A DNA stretch of 64,000 bases from Atractiella rhizophila (Eukaryota), in NCBI GenBank assembly GCA_021432655.1, contig MU271236.1:1-64000 (forward strand), written 5' to 3'. The position numbers and the translations under genes were made by a program. The first letter of the stretch is position 1. The number at the start of each line of letters is the position of its first letter. Shown piece after piece: positions 13,217 through 26,944 of the stretch. A model generated the notes under the pieces. That model was not told where the DNA came from and ran no database searches. It saw only the letters and a list, made by a program, of their open reading frames with translations.

Positions 13217-15482
13217 CGTCACAATCCATCCTTTAAAGGCTTCAAGGGACAATTACATGAGACTTCGGGTTCACTGATGTACAAACTTGCTCTGGATTAG
13301 GAATTCAACCATGCTTTGTTTTGAAACCTTTACTACGAATACGCGACGAGATTCATCTACGACCCCACTTCCAGAAATTAAAACCACTGAGACTATTTCA
13401 TTCGCAGGATGCATTTTCATGATGTCATGGACCTGTGATAAGCCATGGCTGCTCGCGAATTCTTCTCACAGCACTCGTAACCAGCGCAAACAGTTACCTC
13501 CCAACTCTGCATTCACTTGGCAAATATTCCACTTCCCTGAACACCAGTCAGCTTCTTCTGGCCTCAAACAGGTGCATGTTCCATCAACATGCATCAACTC
13601 CTCCTCCAAAACCAGTGACTCGGACGGACATAAATACTCGTCAGTTACGGAACACCGATAGGGACAAGTTTTGTGAAGGATTAGCGAGAAAGAGCGAGAG
13701 CGCTGAATGCTTTGGTGGGTCGGTTTTAATCAGACCGCTTCTTAGGACTCTAGCTCGTCACGCCGCTTGTTGAACTACGTGGCTGCCAGAACTTGAATTC
13801 GCTCCCCCCGCCAAAGAAGCCGCTAGATTACTTCAGGATTTGGATGCCTTAATTTCCATCAGAATCGGTGGCAGTAGTGTACCACCACTCTTGTCAGATT
13901 TCGACGCTATTCCTGTTCACCAGCAAACGTTGAGAAGTGTGATCAATAGGCAAAACAAAGGGAAAGATGACTTACACTGGTATAGAGGGACATGCGAAAT
14001 CAACCTCAGAATCCTCCTGGATTCAAGAAAATGAGTAAATAATTCATTTGAATGCAGACATTATGTACCCTAAGTCTCGGCTTCCGTGAAAGAGTCTTTA
14101 TCACCATACAAGAGACTTTCAATGGCAGGTCACGACAGTCACGGGTGCACGATAGCGAAGTGCTCCCGTGTCAACAGCTCTGCACAGAATTCCCTGCCTT
14201 AGTTGCCTGCTCCTCTCCACAGATTGTGTTCGTATTCAAGCAATTTCATCCTACACTACACAACTGTTCCTTGCAGAGCCTCTTATCTGATTATCTTCAG
14301 CAATTATCGTTGTCCTCAGTATTGGTGAACCAAGGAGTTTTAGGACTGTGAGATACCGACAGTTAGTTGGGTACAGCTTTGAAAGTTGAACTCACATAGT
14401 AATCTCAATATCTTGATAGACGGCAGTACCGTTCGCAGCCGTTCCAGTGGTTACCCACCAAGACTGCTGGTTGAATGACACCGTGTTACTACGTCACCAT
14501 TGCCAAATACCTGAGCGACTCTAGGGACAGAATTATAAAGATATTCTCACGCTGGGACGGTGGGGCACGCGAAGTCGACCTCCGAATCCCGCTGATGTTT
14601 ACCATTACTCAGAGTACTTTGTCTAGTTTGAGAAACTATACCTGAGGAGTAGTGAACGACTCCTGCCCTCCATATAAAGTGCAGTTATTTTGAAAACCGT
14701 ACGAGAACCTCATAGTGAGACCGTAACAGCCAGGACCAAGAAATTGGACACGTCCGGACCATGGACGGGCGTTGTCTGCCTGCCCAGGCTATCATCGACC
14801 ATCAGTCATGAGAACCCTGTGTTGCAGTATACTGACGACGGCAAGTTGAACCACCTTGGTGTCGCAATTCGTGACCTGAGCAGTAACTGCTGTACCTGTA
14901 GTAACAAGAGCGAGGTAAACGATTCTCTTCAGCATTCTGAAAGTCAGCTAGAGAGGACAGGGTTCGATTGTCTGTACCTTCACCTACTGCTTCTTTTATC
15001 TTCCTTGACCCTGCCACCTCTTGCTTCTACCATTCAAATTCTCACTTGCGGTCTCACGCCTGGTGTGCCACTCCACTCCGTAGCACGCTTGAGCTTGGTG
15101 CGAAGGAAGCTGCTTGTTCTTTTGGCGTCATCCAAAGCGTGACATTGGAATCAAAGCATGTATTAGATTTTACCGGGATGTCTCCGGAATTGTTCAATCT
15201 CTCCGCTCGCCACTCCTACGTGTTCGTGGACAATGCCAGTGGAAGGATACAAGACACCGCGGACCTTTGACCCCTCTCCTCCTGCATGTTTTCGTGTAAG
15301 CCCTGTCACGTCGATCGCAGCTTGAGGTTGCCACAAATCCGATCTGTGCTGCTAAGAGAGCTACGAGCAGCGGAATTGATGACCCTCGTATTTTGAGATT
15401 TTGCCGGAATAATGAAGTGTATGTGCACATAGTAATATCTGCAGGGGATAGACCATAACTACATAAGGTTGATTGTCACCTC

Positions 15483-16052
15483 TTATTCGCCATTGTTAAG
15501 GAACCAGGGACTGCGAGGCTGAGTTATCGTGAGGAAATTGTAAACCTCTGTCCCGTTTTCAGCTGTCCCCGTGCTCCACCAATAGACGTGCGAATTGAAG
15601 TTGACGGAGTTTCTGGAGCAGCAATTGTCAGTTGGACTTTTCCATGAAGAGAGAATCGACTGAGCACTTACGCTGGAACGGTCGGGCAAGAAAAGTCAAC
15701 CTCGGAATTTCTCTGGTTGGGCTGGTCAGGAACATCTCTGCATAGTTTAAAGAACATTACGATACCTGGGGGGTCGTGAAAGACTCCTGCCCTTCGTATA
15801 AAGTGCACTGTTGTTGCGAGCCATAGAAGAATCTCATCGTGAGGCCATAGCATCCGGTACCAAGATACTGAACTCGCCCAGACCACGGACTCGTATCGTC
15901 CTGTTGCCCTGGCTTTGGAGAGCATCAGCTTGAAGAACTCTCATGAGATAAAAACTGACAACGCGAAGTGAGACAATCTTTGTCTCACAATCTGTCACGG
16001 CAGCAGTAGCAGTTGCAACGGCGACGGCGAGAGGTACAATTGCTTTCAGCAT
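15483..16052 (-). CDS. Small secreted protein (~136 aa, 4 Cys, 4 exons), unknown function
   Basis: Signal peptide MLKAIVPLAVAVATATA. Three canonical GT-AG introns join MLK..SLRV / PGQQDD..FTTPQ / RNSEVDFSCPTVPA / NSVNF..NNGE* in frame. Confidence 0.75.
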
Positions 16053-16515
16053 TTTGGTGTTATTTGTAGTGTCCTTTGAGGAGTGAATGTCTCGTCAATC
16101 ATTATTTTGCCCTCCTTTATATGTCGCCTTTCTCACCCTCTCGCGCCCTTGCTTATTCCACGGGGGACATTGGCATCACATAGTCGGAATCGTTGTCGTC
16201 ACAAATTAGTGCCGCGAGGTCTGGTCACTAAGACCCTAACGCTCTCAGGTCCGCCAGCCCATGTGAACCGCCATGACATCGCAATCGCAATTCTTGAATA
16301 TTTAACCGCATACACGCAACTTTTGTTTGCCTCCACCCTGTGGACGTTGGTGTTGATGCATCGCAGTTCAAAATGTATCTAGGTGTTGAAGCAACGTTTG
16401 ATATTCGTCAAATCTTCACTCGCAGCCAGCAATCATCGATTCGAGTACATTGCATGGAAATGAGGATGGTTGTTAATACAATATGACCTGACGTCCTTTT
16501 TATTCCCTATTTAAA

Positions 16516-19500
16516 TCAATTACTTTCTTTTGTGCTTCGATCAGGCGCTGTACCACAATCAGCGGGTGAGAAAGGGGAGAGAGTGTGAACTCACTTGAAG
16601 CGGCTTTCTTGTCAATCGCCTTGAACTGCCATGGAAATCTTGCAGGATACAAGAACGGCCGCAGATCAAAACCTGTAGATAGCGGATAGAGTCAGTTAGC
16701 TCATTTTCGAATTGGGGCGGTGGGACAGACGATTGTCGTCTGGTGAGTAAGATTCCTGGCATGACTGATGAGTTGAGGATAAGAAGGATGTGGAGCGTAC
16801 AGCGTGATATGCTGGTGTAATGGTGGTCATTTTGTGTCTATTCCGCGCATATTCGAAGAAGAACAGTTTGACCTTTCTGGCGATCTACAATCAGACAGGA
16901 CAAAAGTGGTGTCGGTTCATTATCGAAAGAGTGAGAAAAGAGCTCTTTACCTCCAGAGGCGAATACTTAGCGCCCCATTGAGCTAACAACTTGGTGTACA
17001 TGCTATACGGTCCACACTTTTCTTGCTTTCTCAATCGTCCGAACATACTTAATTCGTCGTAAGTCATGCCCATGTCTGCCTAATCACAGCATAGAATCAA
17101 CTCAGAGTCAATGGACGGGAAGATGTAGGCAGGATAGCTCACCTCATCTGCTTGCACATATTGTTCCGTGATGGGCTCGAGTTCGGCAGTAGGTACAGCA
17201 TTCAGGAATTCATCCAGGACGGGGAGGTCAAAGTCATCTCTTGCGAAAGCAATGAAACGCTTCAGGTCCGTCTTACTTATCGCTCCAATGGGATTGATAT
17301 CAGCCGACGAACAGTCGTACTTGGTCAAATAGCCTCTTAATCTGCAATGCACTCATCAACACCGTGACAGGAAGAAAGGGACGGGACCATACGACTCATC
17401 CACGTTTGCGCTTCCAAGAACGAGCAAGCCACCAACTTTTCCTCGTACCCACGGTAGGAGCTGAGCGAAGAGGTAGGCGAGCAACATCCGTAACCGGGCT
17501 TGGATGTTCTGCAGCGCCAAATTCTCCGCTTCTGTTCCTCCATGCACCTTGAACCGAGGTTTCTGACCCGTAACGTATGCGAAGAGATTTCGAATAGAGG
17601 TCACAATTGTATCCATATTGAGATCAACGTGGTAACTACTCGTTCCCCTCTTAGCATGGCAAGGACAGATGAGGGTTAAGAGGAATGCGTACGCTCCGAT
17701 AGCTGCTGCAAGATCTTTAGCCCTCTTCCGTGTATCGTTTGACGAGTTCTCTGTTCCCATATAGCAAGTGTGGAAGATGCGACCACAGAACTCTTTTGGG
17801 TCTGTCGGCTCATAGTTGGAGTCTTCAGGTTCGCCAGCTATTCGTCGAGCATCAACAATGACCTGTTTGTCTATACTCATATCCGTCAGTACCTCCTGTC
17901 CGATGGAGGAAGAAAGCAAGCTGAGCGTACTTTTTTGGCTTACAGCTTTCACCACCTGCCGACACATCGAGTAGGTGATCACTGCCGTTGCACAGCTGTC
18001 GATTCCTCCGCTAAGTGGGACGAAGTAGCCTGCTGTCCTTGAGCGGCGCAGATAATCCCAGAGCCAACAAGCTGGTCCTAAACTAAACATAGCTACAATA
18101 AGTAACGATTCTAGACAGACGCGAAGTGATACAGACGCAATCTCCTCCTCCGGTCGATGGTATCTCACCTCCTGCTTCATTCCCAGTTCCATCACCAGCA
18201 AATCTTCGCTTTTTCCCGTGCTGAGTGCAAAAGGTACCTCGATACGCTTATAACTCTCCGCTTTGTCCGCTTGCTGTCTCCAGCTGTTCATGCCGTTCCT
18301 ATAGCTCCTAATATCTTCAAGGTCGATGGTAGAAGTCACGACTTCCACATCTTGTAAACTGAACTGCGAGCCTTGAGCGAGGACCGCTCCATTCATGGCG
18401 ACCAGTGCACAACCGTCATAGTACAATCGAGCGTCACCATCGCATCCTTGCTGATTAGAATAGAGATAAACGCCTCCCAACTAACCTCCCTATTGATCAT
18501 TAATCCTAGCGGAGGAGAGATAAACCAACTTTGGTTGTCGCCTCCAACATGAGGTTTATTCGCGTGTCCAGTTTTCGAAGCTCATGATGTGATCCTGAAG
18601 AATTCGTAAAGATTTCAGCACCGTCAAGGCCCATGAGGATGTGTGGCCTATCCCAAATCCAAAGAAATGTTAAAGCGATGACAGAGAGGAATTTACGTGG
18701 ACAAACGCACGAGGCAGGCGTGAACAATTCTTCGCAGAGCTCGATACCAATGCAGGTGTCATAGGTGGAGATGAGAGCATCTCCAAAGGGTACTGTTGTC
18801 TACCGTCCAAATAATGTCAATGTTGGGTCCACTGAAGATCTCTCCCACATCCATGAAATATTGGACGACTTCATTTGGTCTGACATTGAGAGAGAAGGCA
18901 TCGCACTCGCCCCTCTCTATCGTGTCACTGCATTGTGAATAGAAAGACTTGCCTGGCCAGTAACCTCCTTTATCATCCTCGGCAAAAAAGTATCCTCCAC
19001 CTGTCTATGTTTCCCCCAAGGTGTAAACCACCTAAGCTCTCTATAATTTCCCGAATTCGCCATCCACATCTTCGGCCGAATGAGCAATATCTTTCCATTA
19101 AACACGATAATTCTACAGTTGTAAATCACATTCTTATGATTCACCGGCATGCCTGTGTCGATTATGATTTCATCGCCTGGTTCGCCGGGACGGGTGAAGA
19201 GGAGCAGCTCTTTGAGAACTTCGAAGGAGTGAAGGATCGTGTCTCCTTCGAGAAAGTGGTCCGCGCAACCGTATCCACTGAAAGAGCAAAGCAGTCAGTA
19301 TATCTCTCTCACTCAGCTCAGCTCTGAGAAGCTGCAGGTTGGCAAATGTGCTACTGTTCAATAATGTGCTATGTTTAGACTGATCCGCCTGATGCAATAG
19401 TTTGAGGAGGCTGGCTCATCTGTTCCTCTCAAGCCAACACAAGCAACAGTTTGAGCAGAGCAGCAACTCCATCGAAGTCGATCGAACCTCTTTTGAGGGT

Positions 19501-19704
19501 CCCAAATCATCATTTCAAAAGACCAGCACTATCCCTGGAAAGACCTTAGGAGGCGTACCAAATCTCAAGCTCAGGGCCCACCCTTAACCTCGCTCCTCTT
19601 TCCTTAGCAATAACGATAGACGACTTGATCCGTTCGAGGTTGCCCTCGAAGTCTAGAGCCCATTGGTTCAACGAGCAGGTGGCGACTACAACTAGATGTC
19701 CCAT
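16516..19704 (-). CDS. QNS1: Glutamine-dependent NAD+ synthetase
   Basis: [82 protein letters not shown] and PTAELEP are all present; multi-exon. Confidence 0.97.
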
Positions 19705-20421
19705 CTTCTGCTACTACGACCAGTGGAGCGGAGGCGAGCTGGGCAACAGTGAGTTCAGAGGGATGGATCAGTGATGAGATAAAGCGAACATCAACGACAT
19801 CAAAACGGTACGTCCTTCCGATCCTGATCACGTGCAATTTAGACCTGCAGAGCGAAAGGGAGAAGATACTCTTTTCTTTTCATTTTTCATTTTCGGTCCT
19901 CCACGGCATGAAAGGCTCGAGGCGTTGTGGTTCGCCATGGCCATTTGTCCCAGGATGGTTACTCCACGGTTCAAGCTGTGTCACCAGCAAACAGTGCAAA
20001 GGCAACCGAGGATGATACCTCTAACACCCTGCTGATTTCTAAGTCGAGACTTCTTATCATGAACACAACCGCATTCCCTATCAATTTCAGCGCAAACATT
20101 GGCCATAATGCGGCAAGGAGACGGCAGAGAGCTTTCATACATATCCGGAGCTCACGTTCTCGTCATGTCGTGGAACGTGCCTCGTCTTTCACGACCTAAA
20201 CCCCCAGAGCGCAGAGTGAACGTTCTCTCGTAATCTTGAGCTTGAGGGAGCCCCTTACTGCTCATCTCGATCAGCCTTTCCTTCTACATACCATTTCTAG
20301 ACTTGCCTTTTCAGCTAAAGTGGCATGGGTCGAACGTTTTATATGCTGGAAGTACTTATAGATTGGACCGTGGTGCCTCCGGTCTGTCACCAATTGGTCA
20401 TATTCCTATTTCCCGTACGGA

Positions 20422-22367
20422 ATGACTGCCTTTACGCCACTCGTAGCTCCCAGCTACTTTGATGTCCAATTTACGAGTCAAAATGACAACGACGCTGTTG
20501 ATTCCCCCATCCTCTCTCCCGCTTCTTCAACAATTACTTCCTTCTCAAACTACGCTGCATCCGTCACTGCTGCGACGACTATCGATGGAGAAGATGATAA
20601 TGCCTCTGGGGGCGGCAAGCTGAAGATTGTGATTATCACTGAGAACTTCTTACCGAAGACTGGTACGCACCATTACTTCTCGTCATTGTTTCAACTTTCT
20701 CAAGGAACGCGGTAAGTTTAGACGGCGTGACGAGGACACTGTTCATGCTTCTGTCACACTTAAAATCTCGGGGTCATAAAGTGTTGGTCATTGGACCGTC
20801 AGGAGGGACGGTACGTCTGACAACCGTACCTTGCGTAAATTGAAGGTGACTATTTCGGTGAACAGGAGAGCAGAGACTACGAATACATGGGCACGCTCGG
20901 AATCCCTCTTTCTCTCTTCAACATCTACGGCGAAGGTCTCAAGCTCAATTTCTTCACTCCTTCCATGATTCGGCGAATGAGAGCATTTGGGCCTGATGTA
21001 ATTCACTTTGTTGACCCGATTTGGTTGGGTGTCCAGACGTTCGTTGTTTTTCCCTTAATTCCTAGTGCAATTTTAAAGGTGTGCGATTAGGATACCTTTT
21101 GTTCGAAGAGCTTTCCCAAACATTCCCCTCATCGGATCATATCACACGAATATCGCGACGTATCTGCAGCTTTTTGGTATGCCACGGATGAATGGTCTCT
21201 GCTGGTCCCTCCAAAAATGGGTGTATCAAACGTATGGATTTCTTCCATCAGTCCTCTCTCCTTCGTCCAAAATCAAAGCTAATCGTTACTGCTCGAGCAG
21301 TTTATCATTGACTCTTGTGCCGTCCGCCTCGACTGCCCAAGTCCTCTCAGAGAGAGGCATTTCTCCCCACAACTTACGAATCTGGTCGCGAGGTGTATAC
21401 ACCAAGATCTTTTCCCCATCTCGCCGTTCACTTTCTCGCAGAACAAAATGGTTCTCTTCCTCCTTCTCTTCTACCTCACAGAGTGGTACGGTCCTGCTTT
21501 ACGTTGGCCGATTGAGCTGGGAAAAGAATCTGCGTCTCCTCATAGAAGCTTTTCGACTACTCTCCTCCTCTTTGTCACAAAATGACCTCAGACTCGTTCT
21601 CGTAGGCGATGGACCAGCAAGAGAAGGGATGGAGGCTCTATGTGTGGAGTTTGGGCTGCAGGAGAAAGTGACGTTTGAAGGATTCAAGAAGGGGGAAGAG
21701 CTCGCAGAGATATATGCCAGTTCGGACATCTTTGCATTTCCCAGTTGGACCGAAACCTTTGTGCGTCCTGCCTTCTCTTCCACTTGCCAAAGTCAAATGT
21801 TAATGCTCTTAGTAGGGCCAAGTTGTCCTGGAAGCTCAAGCTAGCGGTCTCCCCGTCGTCGGCCTTTGCGCAGAAGGGGTCAAGGACCTGATTTCAAGGG
21901 AACGAGGGCTGCTGCTCAATTTACCAGAAACCGAATTTCTTCCCGGACTTTTCAAACCAGAATCATCCACCTTTCTGCCTCTCGCCTCCGAATACGCATC
22001 CCTCTGTCGAGAACTCATCGAGGACTCGCCGAGACGGCAACGTATGGGGAAACTTGCTGCCGAATTCGCTGCAACGATGACATGGGAAAGGTGCATGGAT
22101 ACAGTGATCGAGGGTTATAGGCAGGTGATTTGTGAGAAGCAGTCGGAGCTGGTCAAGAAGCAGGAGATGAATGTTAGACGACCTGACAGGCTCAGATTGC
22201 TCAACAGAACACTTTTCTTCCCTCGACGAACGCTTCTCAATGTTGAGCTTCCCGAACAACTTTCAGCAAGCGCGTTGATGAAACCCATCGTTTCTCAAAT
22301 ACCGGATTTCTTGTGTATTTTCCTTTTCCTTCTCTCTATAGTTTTCACTGTCGTTCGCAACGAGTAA
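20422..22367 (+). CDS. Glycosyltransferase family 4 (SQD2/PimB-like), with a C-terminal hydrophobic segment
   Basis: KIVIITENFLPKTDGVTRTL, YVGRLSWEKNL, LVLVGDGP and the GT4 ExFG motif FAFPSWTETFGQVVLEAQASGLPVV (across an intron). Confidence 0.9.
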
Positions 22368-23045
22368 GATAGATGTTAGATTCGGTTGGAGTGTTCAAGT
22401 TTATCTTTATATTCCCAGTCCTGCTTAAGCTCTTTGTGTTGGTAGCGATTCTCTGTAGTTGTTTGCGGTCTGACCTTGTTTAACGGCTCTTGTCGTAACG
22501 AGCGGTCTTAAAGTTGAACATGTATGATGCATCCAAACAAGCCGCTTTGGTCTCGATGCCGAGTTTATATTACTCACTCACTGAAGAGGTGAAATGAACT
22601 TCTCAAACAAGGCTACAAGAGATAGAAGCTCGCAACACTAAGAACGCAAGAACGCTGCTCTCTGCGATGGGCGCCCCACGGGAAGCTGGAAAGACACCAA
22701 ACGATTCGGCGGTTGTTGTAAGGCGAAAACACGCATTGAGAACTCAATCCCGAGGGAAGATTGGGAACGATACAAGGGTAAAAGTGGAGCAGCGAAAAAT
22801 GGCAAACTGAAGCAGACATGAACAACCTAAGAAGAGTGAGCTAGATCAAAAGCTTTGCATTCTGCGAAGGCTCCCTCTCAACTTTGATGTCGCAACTGCA
22901 ACTTTTCAGGACCAAAACCCCAGCGATGCTGTCATTCCTGAGTCACAACTGGAGCCGTCCGAGTCAGCATTCTTGCCACACACAAGCTGTGCGAAGACGA
23001 CACAACCAGCAGGTCATTTTATCCGTGTGATACATCGCGACACCA

Positions 23046-24233
23046 ATGGCCACTTTTCTTTCTCTTCCAAGGGAGGTCATCCGAGTTATTTTCCAGCACG
23101 TCAATTCCTATCCCGAACTAACTAGCCCAGACTTTTGCAATATTCTGACTCTCAACAGAGACCTCTATCCTCTGGCTCTTTCCGTGCTCTACGCCGACGT
23201 CGGCGTCACTCACCGGAAGATGTGGGCGTTTGTTCAGCCGCTGAGACACAATACAGGTGTCGCCAAATACTTGCGACACCTTACACTGCTTCCTTCAACA
23301 CCTAGTCAGCGTTCATCAGACATCGAGTATTGGGTAGCAAACTTTAACATGATCCCTACTGAGGCACGATCCGTCTTGTGCAGCCTTATCGTCCTTGTAG
23401 GTGACCTGGAGATGAAGCTCCCGATAATACCTGCCCTTTCCAACCTAAACCTGCTCCATCTTCAAGCTGCACCCCCTTTCAACCTCTACTGGTATGAACT
23501 TTTCGAAGTTATTCCTCTCTTTTATACCGGATACCCCAAGCTACGCCATCTTGAGCTCGAAAATTTCCCCGTCCCCGCGATGTCTATTTTAAACGGACGC
23601 TTCGAAGCTCCAGGGGTGACCACTCTCCTTTTGAGAGCTGAGATGGGGGAATACCTTTACACAGGAGTCCAACGCCCTTTTGTCCCTTCCACCTCCGTTA
23701 TAAGATCGTTGAGGCATCTTCTGCTTGACGAAAGAATGCTCTCCAATCTGGATGAACTCTCAAACATATTACGTTCTCTCCCTAATCTGATCCATTTTGG
23801 GATGTTGACGGTGGACCATCTGGTGCTCCCAATTTTACCTCGACTTTGTTCGCTTCGTCTGGAGGCTGCTTTGACGTCTATCACACTAGATCAGATAGTG
23901 CCGGAACTCGACAAGTTCGCGGCTCTTCAGACTCTTGATATCTCAAATTTCTCTATCCATTACCCTCCATCGAAAGCCTACGAATTTTTGTTGTCTCGCT
24001 TAGATCTCACTTCTTGCCACATGCTAGGCTCGCTTGCTGTTGAGATGCTGCTACAGTCTACCATTTGTTTGAAGCTTCAAGAATGCATTTTGAGGGTCGA
24101 CTGTGCTCTCTCCCCCATCCCGACCCTTCTCATACTGCAATACTCTGGTAGCCTACCGCTTTTCTGCAGTCTTCAATCTTTAACTCTGAAGTTTGCAAGC
24201 AATGTCACTGTTCGGCAATCAAATTCAAGTTGA
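23046..24233 (+). CDS. F-box-like/leucine-rich-repeat-like protein; coding appears to continue in a shifted frame to ~24444
   Basis: N-terminal FLSLPREVIRVIFQHV F-box signature and repeated LRHLxL/LQxLxL motifs in a 395-aa ORF. Confidence 0.7.
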   Translation: MATFLSLPREVIRVIFQHVNSYPELTSPDFCNILTLNRDLYPLALSVLYADVGVTHRKMWAFVQPLRHNTGVAKYLRHLTLLPSTPSQRSSDIEYWVANFNMIPTEARSVLCSLIVLVGDLEMKLPIIPALSNLNLLHLQAAPPFNLYWYELFEVIPLFYTGYPKLRHLELENFPVPAMSILNGRFEAPGVTTLLLRAEMGEYLYTGVQRPFVPSTSVIRSLRHLLLDERMLSNLDELSNILRSLPNLIHFGMLTVDHLVLPILPRLCSLRLEAALTSITLDQIVPELDKFAALQTLDISNFSIHYPPSKAYEFLLSRLDLTSCHMLGSLAVEMLLQSTICLKLQECILRVDCALSPIPTLLILQYSGSLPLFCSLQSLTLKFASNVTVRQSNSS

Positions 24234-24720
24234 CGATGCCTTGAATCAGGCCTTGCGTTTCGTATATCCAAAGCTGCAGGTGTTAGACTTAGCCATCGCT
24301 CTGCCCACATCTTTAGCGATACGTGGCCTCGACGACATATCGAAGGCAGTTGAAACTGGGACACTTCCGAAACTCAAAGACGTTGGTGTTAAATTTGACA
24401 CGCCCGTGAGTTCCATTGACCTCTCGTTGCTGTGTTGTGATTGACGGAGAGCCAAGCTCGACCCATCTACACAAGCAGCAGCTGACATTGTGTTTCAGAG
24501 GCTCAAGACAACAGGCGTGGGTTGCAACGAAAGAACTTGGGACACGTGGACACGCAGCGTCATTAATTCGTAATAGCTTTCGACGCCTTCAAAGTTAAGT
24601 GGCGAGTGTAACTATCTAGAAAACAGTTGCTTCGCTTCATGATGTCAACGGTAACATTCTTTGGAGAATGAAAGGAGCAAAAAGCTGAAACGGAGTTCCA
24701 TGAAAGCACATAAAAAGAAA

Positions 24721-24802
24721 TGCTCTCGACCGGATTCGAACCGGCGATCTCTCCCTATTAGTAATACTAGGGGAGCGCCTTAGCCAACTTGGCCACGAGA
24801 GC
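24721..24802 (-). tRNA. tRNA-Thr (anticodon AGT) with an 8-nt intron
   Basis: Acceptor stem GCTCTCG/CGAGAGC, D arm, anticodon stem CTCCC/GGGAG and T loop GGTTCGAATCC. Intron TTACTAAT (24757-24764) follows position 37, and a T-rich Pol III terminator lies downstream. Confidence 0.95.
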
Positions 24803-25005
24803 TTGTTATATTCGGGAGCTCCGAAATTATTTCTATAGTTTAACTTTGTCCAATGGTGCTCCACCACCAACTCCTAACTCCCAAGTTCTGCCTCTCCTGA
24901 AGGACAACTGCTAAAGAAACTTGCTTGAGAGTTCAGTGTGCCGTCTGTGTTCATAAAAATACCGTATCGAACATTGTTGCTTCAAACTTCTTTCCTTTAT
25001 CGACG

Positions 25006-26944
25006 ATGGCGGTAACAACGGGCCTGGATGACGGAGAAGACCTTGAAGGCATTGAAGTGCCTCCAGAAGCTGAGGAGGACGATGAGACACAAAATTTCAC
25101 GCCGTTTTTGCTACAGCTAGCTTTAACAGCCTCTCTAGGTGGTAAGCAACGTCTGAGTGTGACCTATGCTGCTGAATTAACCGCTGCCTGTAGGACTACT
25201 TTTGTGCGTTGATTCTTTATAAACTTACAAAAACGTCTATTCAGTACGAATACCAGTGGTTTCGACACAGGAATTATCAGCTCTTCTCTAGTGTTGCTCG
25301 CGAAGCCAGGCAGCTTGAATGGGGACAGCGCGGCGCTGACCAGCTTTGAGGAAGTAGGCATTATATGTGCGGTGTCCCAGAGCACATTCTCATCTCTTTT
25401 CAATAGGAGCTTATAGTTTCGTCCACAACCTTTGCCGCCCTGTTCTTTGCTCTCTCAGCAGGACGGATGGCTGACCTCTATGGCCGTCAACGCGTCCGTT
25501 GTCTCTTTATCTGTACGACGCTGAAACTTGACAAAAGAGATAGACGATTCTCCTCTCATCGATTCTATTCAATGCTGGAGCAGTGGTTCAAACTGTCTCG
25601 CACAGCGTTCTCGTTCTTGTCCTGGGACGAGCCATAGTGGGCGGTGGTGTTGGATTGGTCTACCTCGTTTGCTTTCAATAACTAGGGGCTGACTTCCTTG
25701 CAGGCAAGCATGATTATTCCAGTCTATCTATCTGAGATCGCCCCAAAGAACGTCCGTGGTAGATTGGTCACTGGTCTGGTTGTCTGCATCACATTTGGTC
25801 CGAGGTCTCTTTTCTAATGAAATCTAACTGACATATCTTTATGTTACCAAGGTCAAGTGGTTTCATACCTCGTCGGTGCACTTTTCTTCAATTTCCCACA
25901 GGGTTGGCGTTGGATGTTTGCCGCCTCACTTGTCCCCTCTCTCTTACAACTCGTCCTCACATTATCTCTCCCCGAATCTCCGCGCTTCTTAATCCTCAAC
26001 GACCGTCTCTCCTCCGCTCGCGAAGTTCTCTCGCACGTCTATCCCGGCTCACCAAATATGCCAGACAGGGTCATCGCTCAAGTCATCTCCTCCTCCAGGG
26101 AATCATCCCGCCAGGTTTCTAAATGGAAACTCCCTCCCCTCCGGCCACTTGCGCTTAGCGTATCCTTACAGTTCTTTCAACAATCAACTGGATTCAATAC
26201 TCTCATGTATTTCTCAACATCTCTCCTCGCGTCATCAATCGATGGCGATACGACAACTTCTATTCCAGCCCCTATCCTCTCGTTACCAGTCGCCATATCC
26301 AACTTCCTCTGTACTTTTGTATCCTTTAGACTCGTTGATGGAGCATTAGGCAGGAGGGGAACAACTTTATTCAGTTTAGCGGGAATGGCTATTGGAATGG
26401 GTGTCATGGCTCTGTTTTGGGATGCTGGGCTGTTGGGAAAGGTGGGAGGTATGATTGTTTACGTTTCAAGCTACAGCGTTGGCATGGGTAACATAGTATG
26501 CCTCCCTGTTCCGGCCCTGTTTCTTCTCTGACGCTACAGGTATCAACAGCCTTGGATAGTTCAATCCGAGATCTTCGCTTATGAGGATCGAGCAACCGCT
26601 AACAGCATCGCCACGGGCGTGAACTGGGCTTCCAATGCTCTCGTTAGTATGACTTTTCTTGAGCTCTTGCGGATTTTGGGGACGAGAGGAACCTGGACGT
26701 TATATGGTGGGGTTTGTGTGTTGGTGCGTACATTTCAGGAATCTTGTCCCCATCGTGAATAATTGCTTACTACACATGACTGGAACAGGCATTCTTTTGT
26801 GTCTTTGCGCAGATGCCAGAGACTCGCGGATTGAGTGTGGAAGAAGCTAGAAAGTTGTTTGAAGATGTGAAGGTTGCGAAGAGAAGCGAATATGAGAGGC
26901 TCCCTATAAGCGCAGCGGATGCTGTAGATGATGAAGATCTTTGA
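25006..26944 (+). CDS. MFS sugar porter, myo-inositol transporter (ITR)-like
   Basis: GGLLFGFDTGIIS, ADLYGR, PVYLSEIAPKNVRGRL, GWRWMF, LPESPRFL, FQQSTGFNTLMYF and PETRGLSVEE motifs. Confidence 0.9.

Noticed and set aside
13300..15300. Leu-rich coding-like fragments, possibly a decayed F-box/LRR gene
   Set aside because: No consistent frame or diagnostic motif could be reconstructed.
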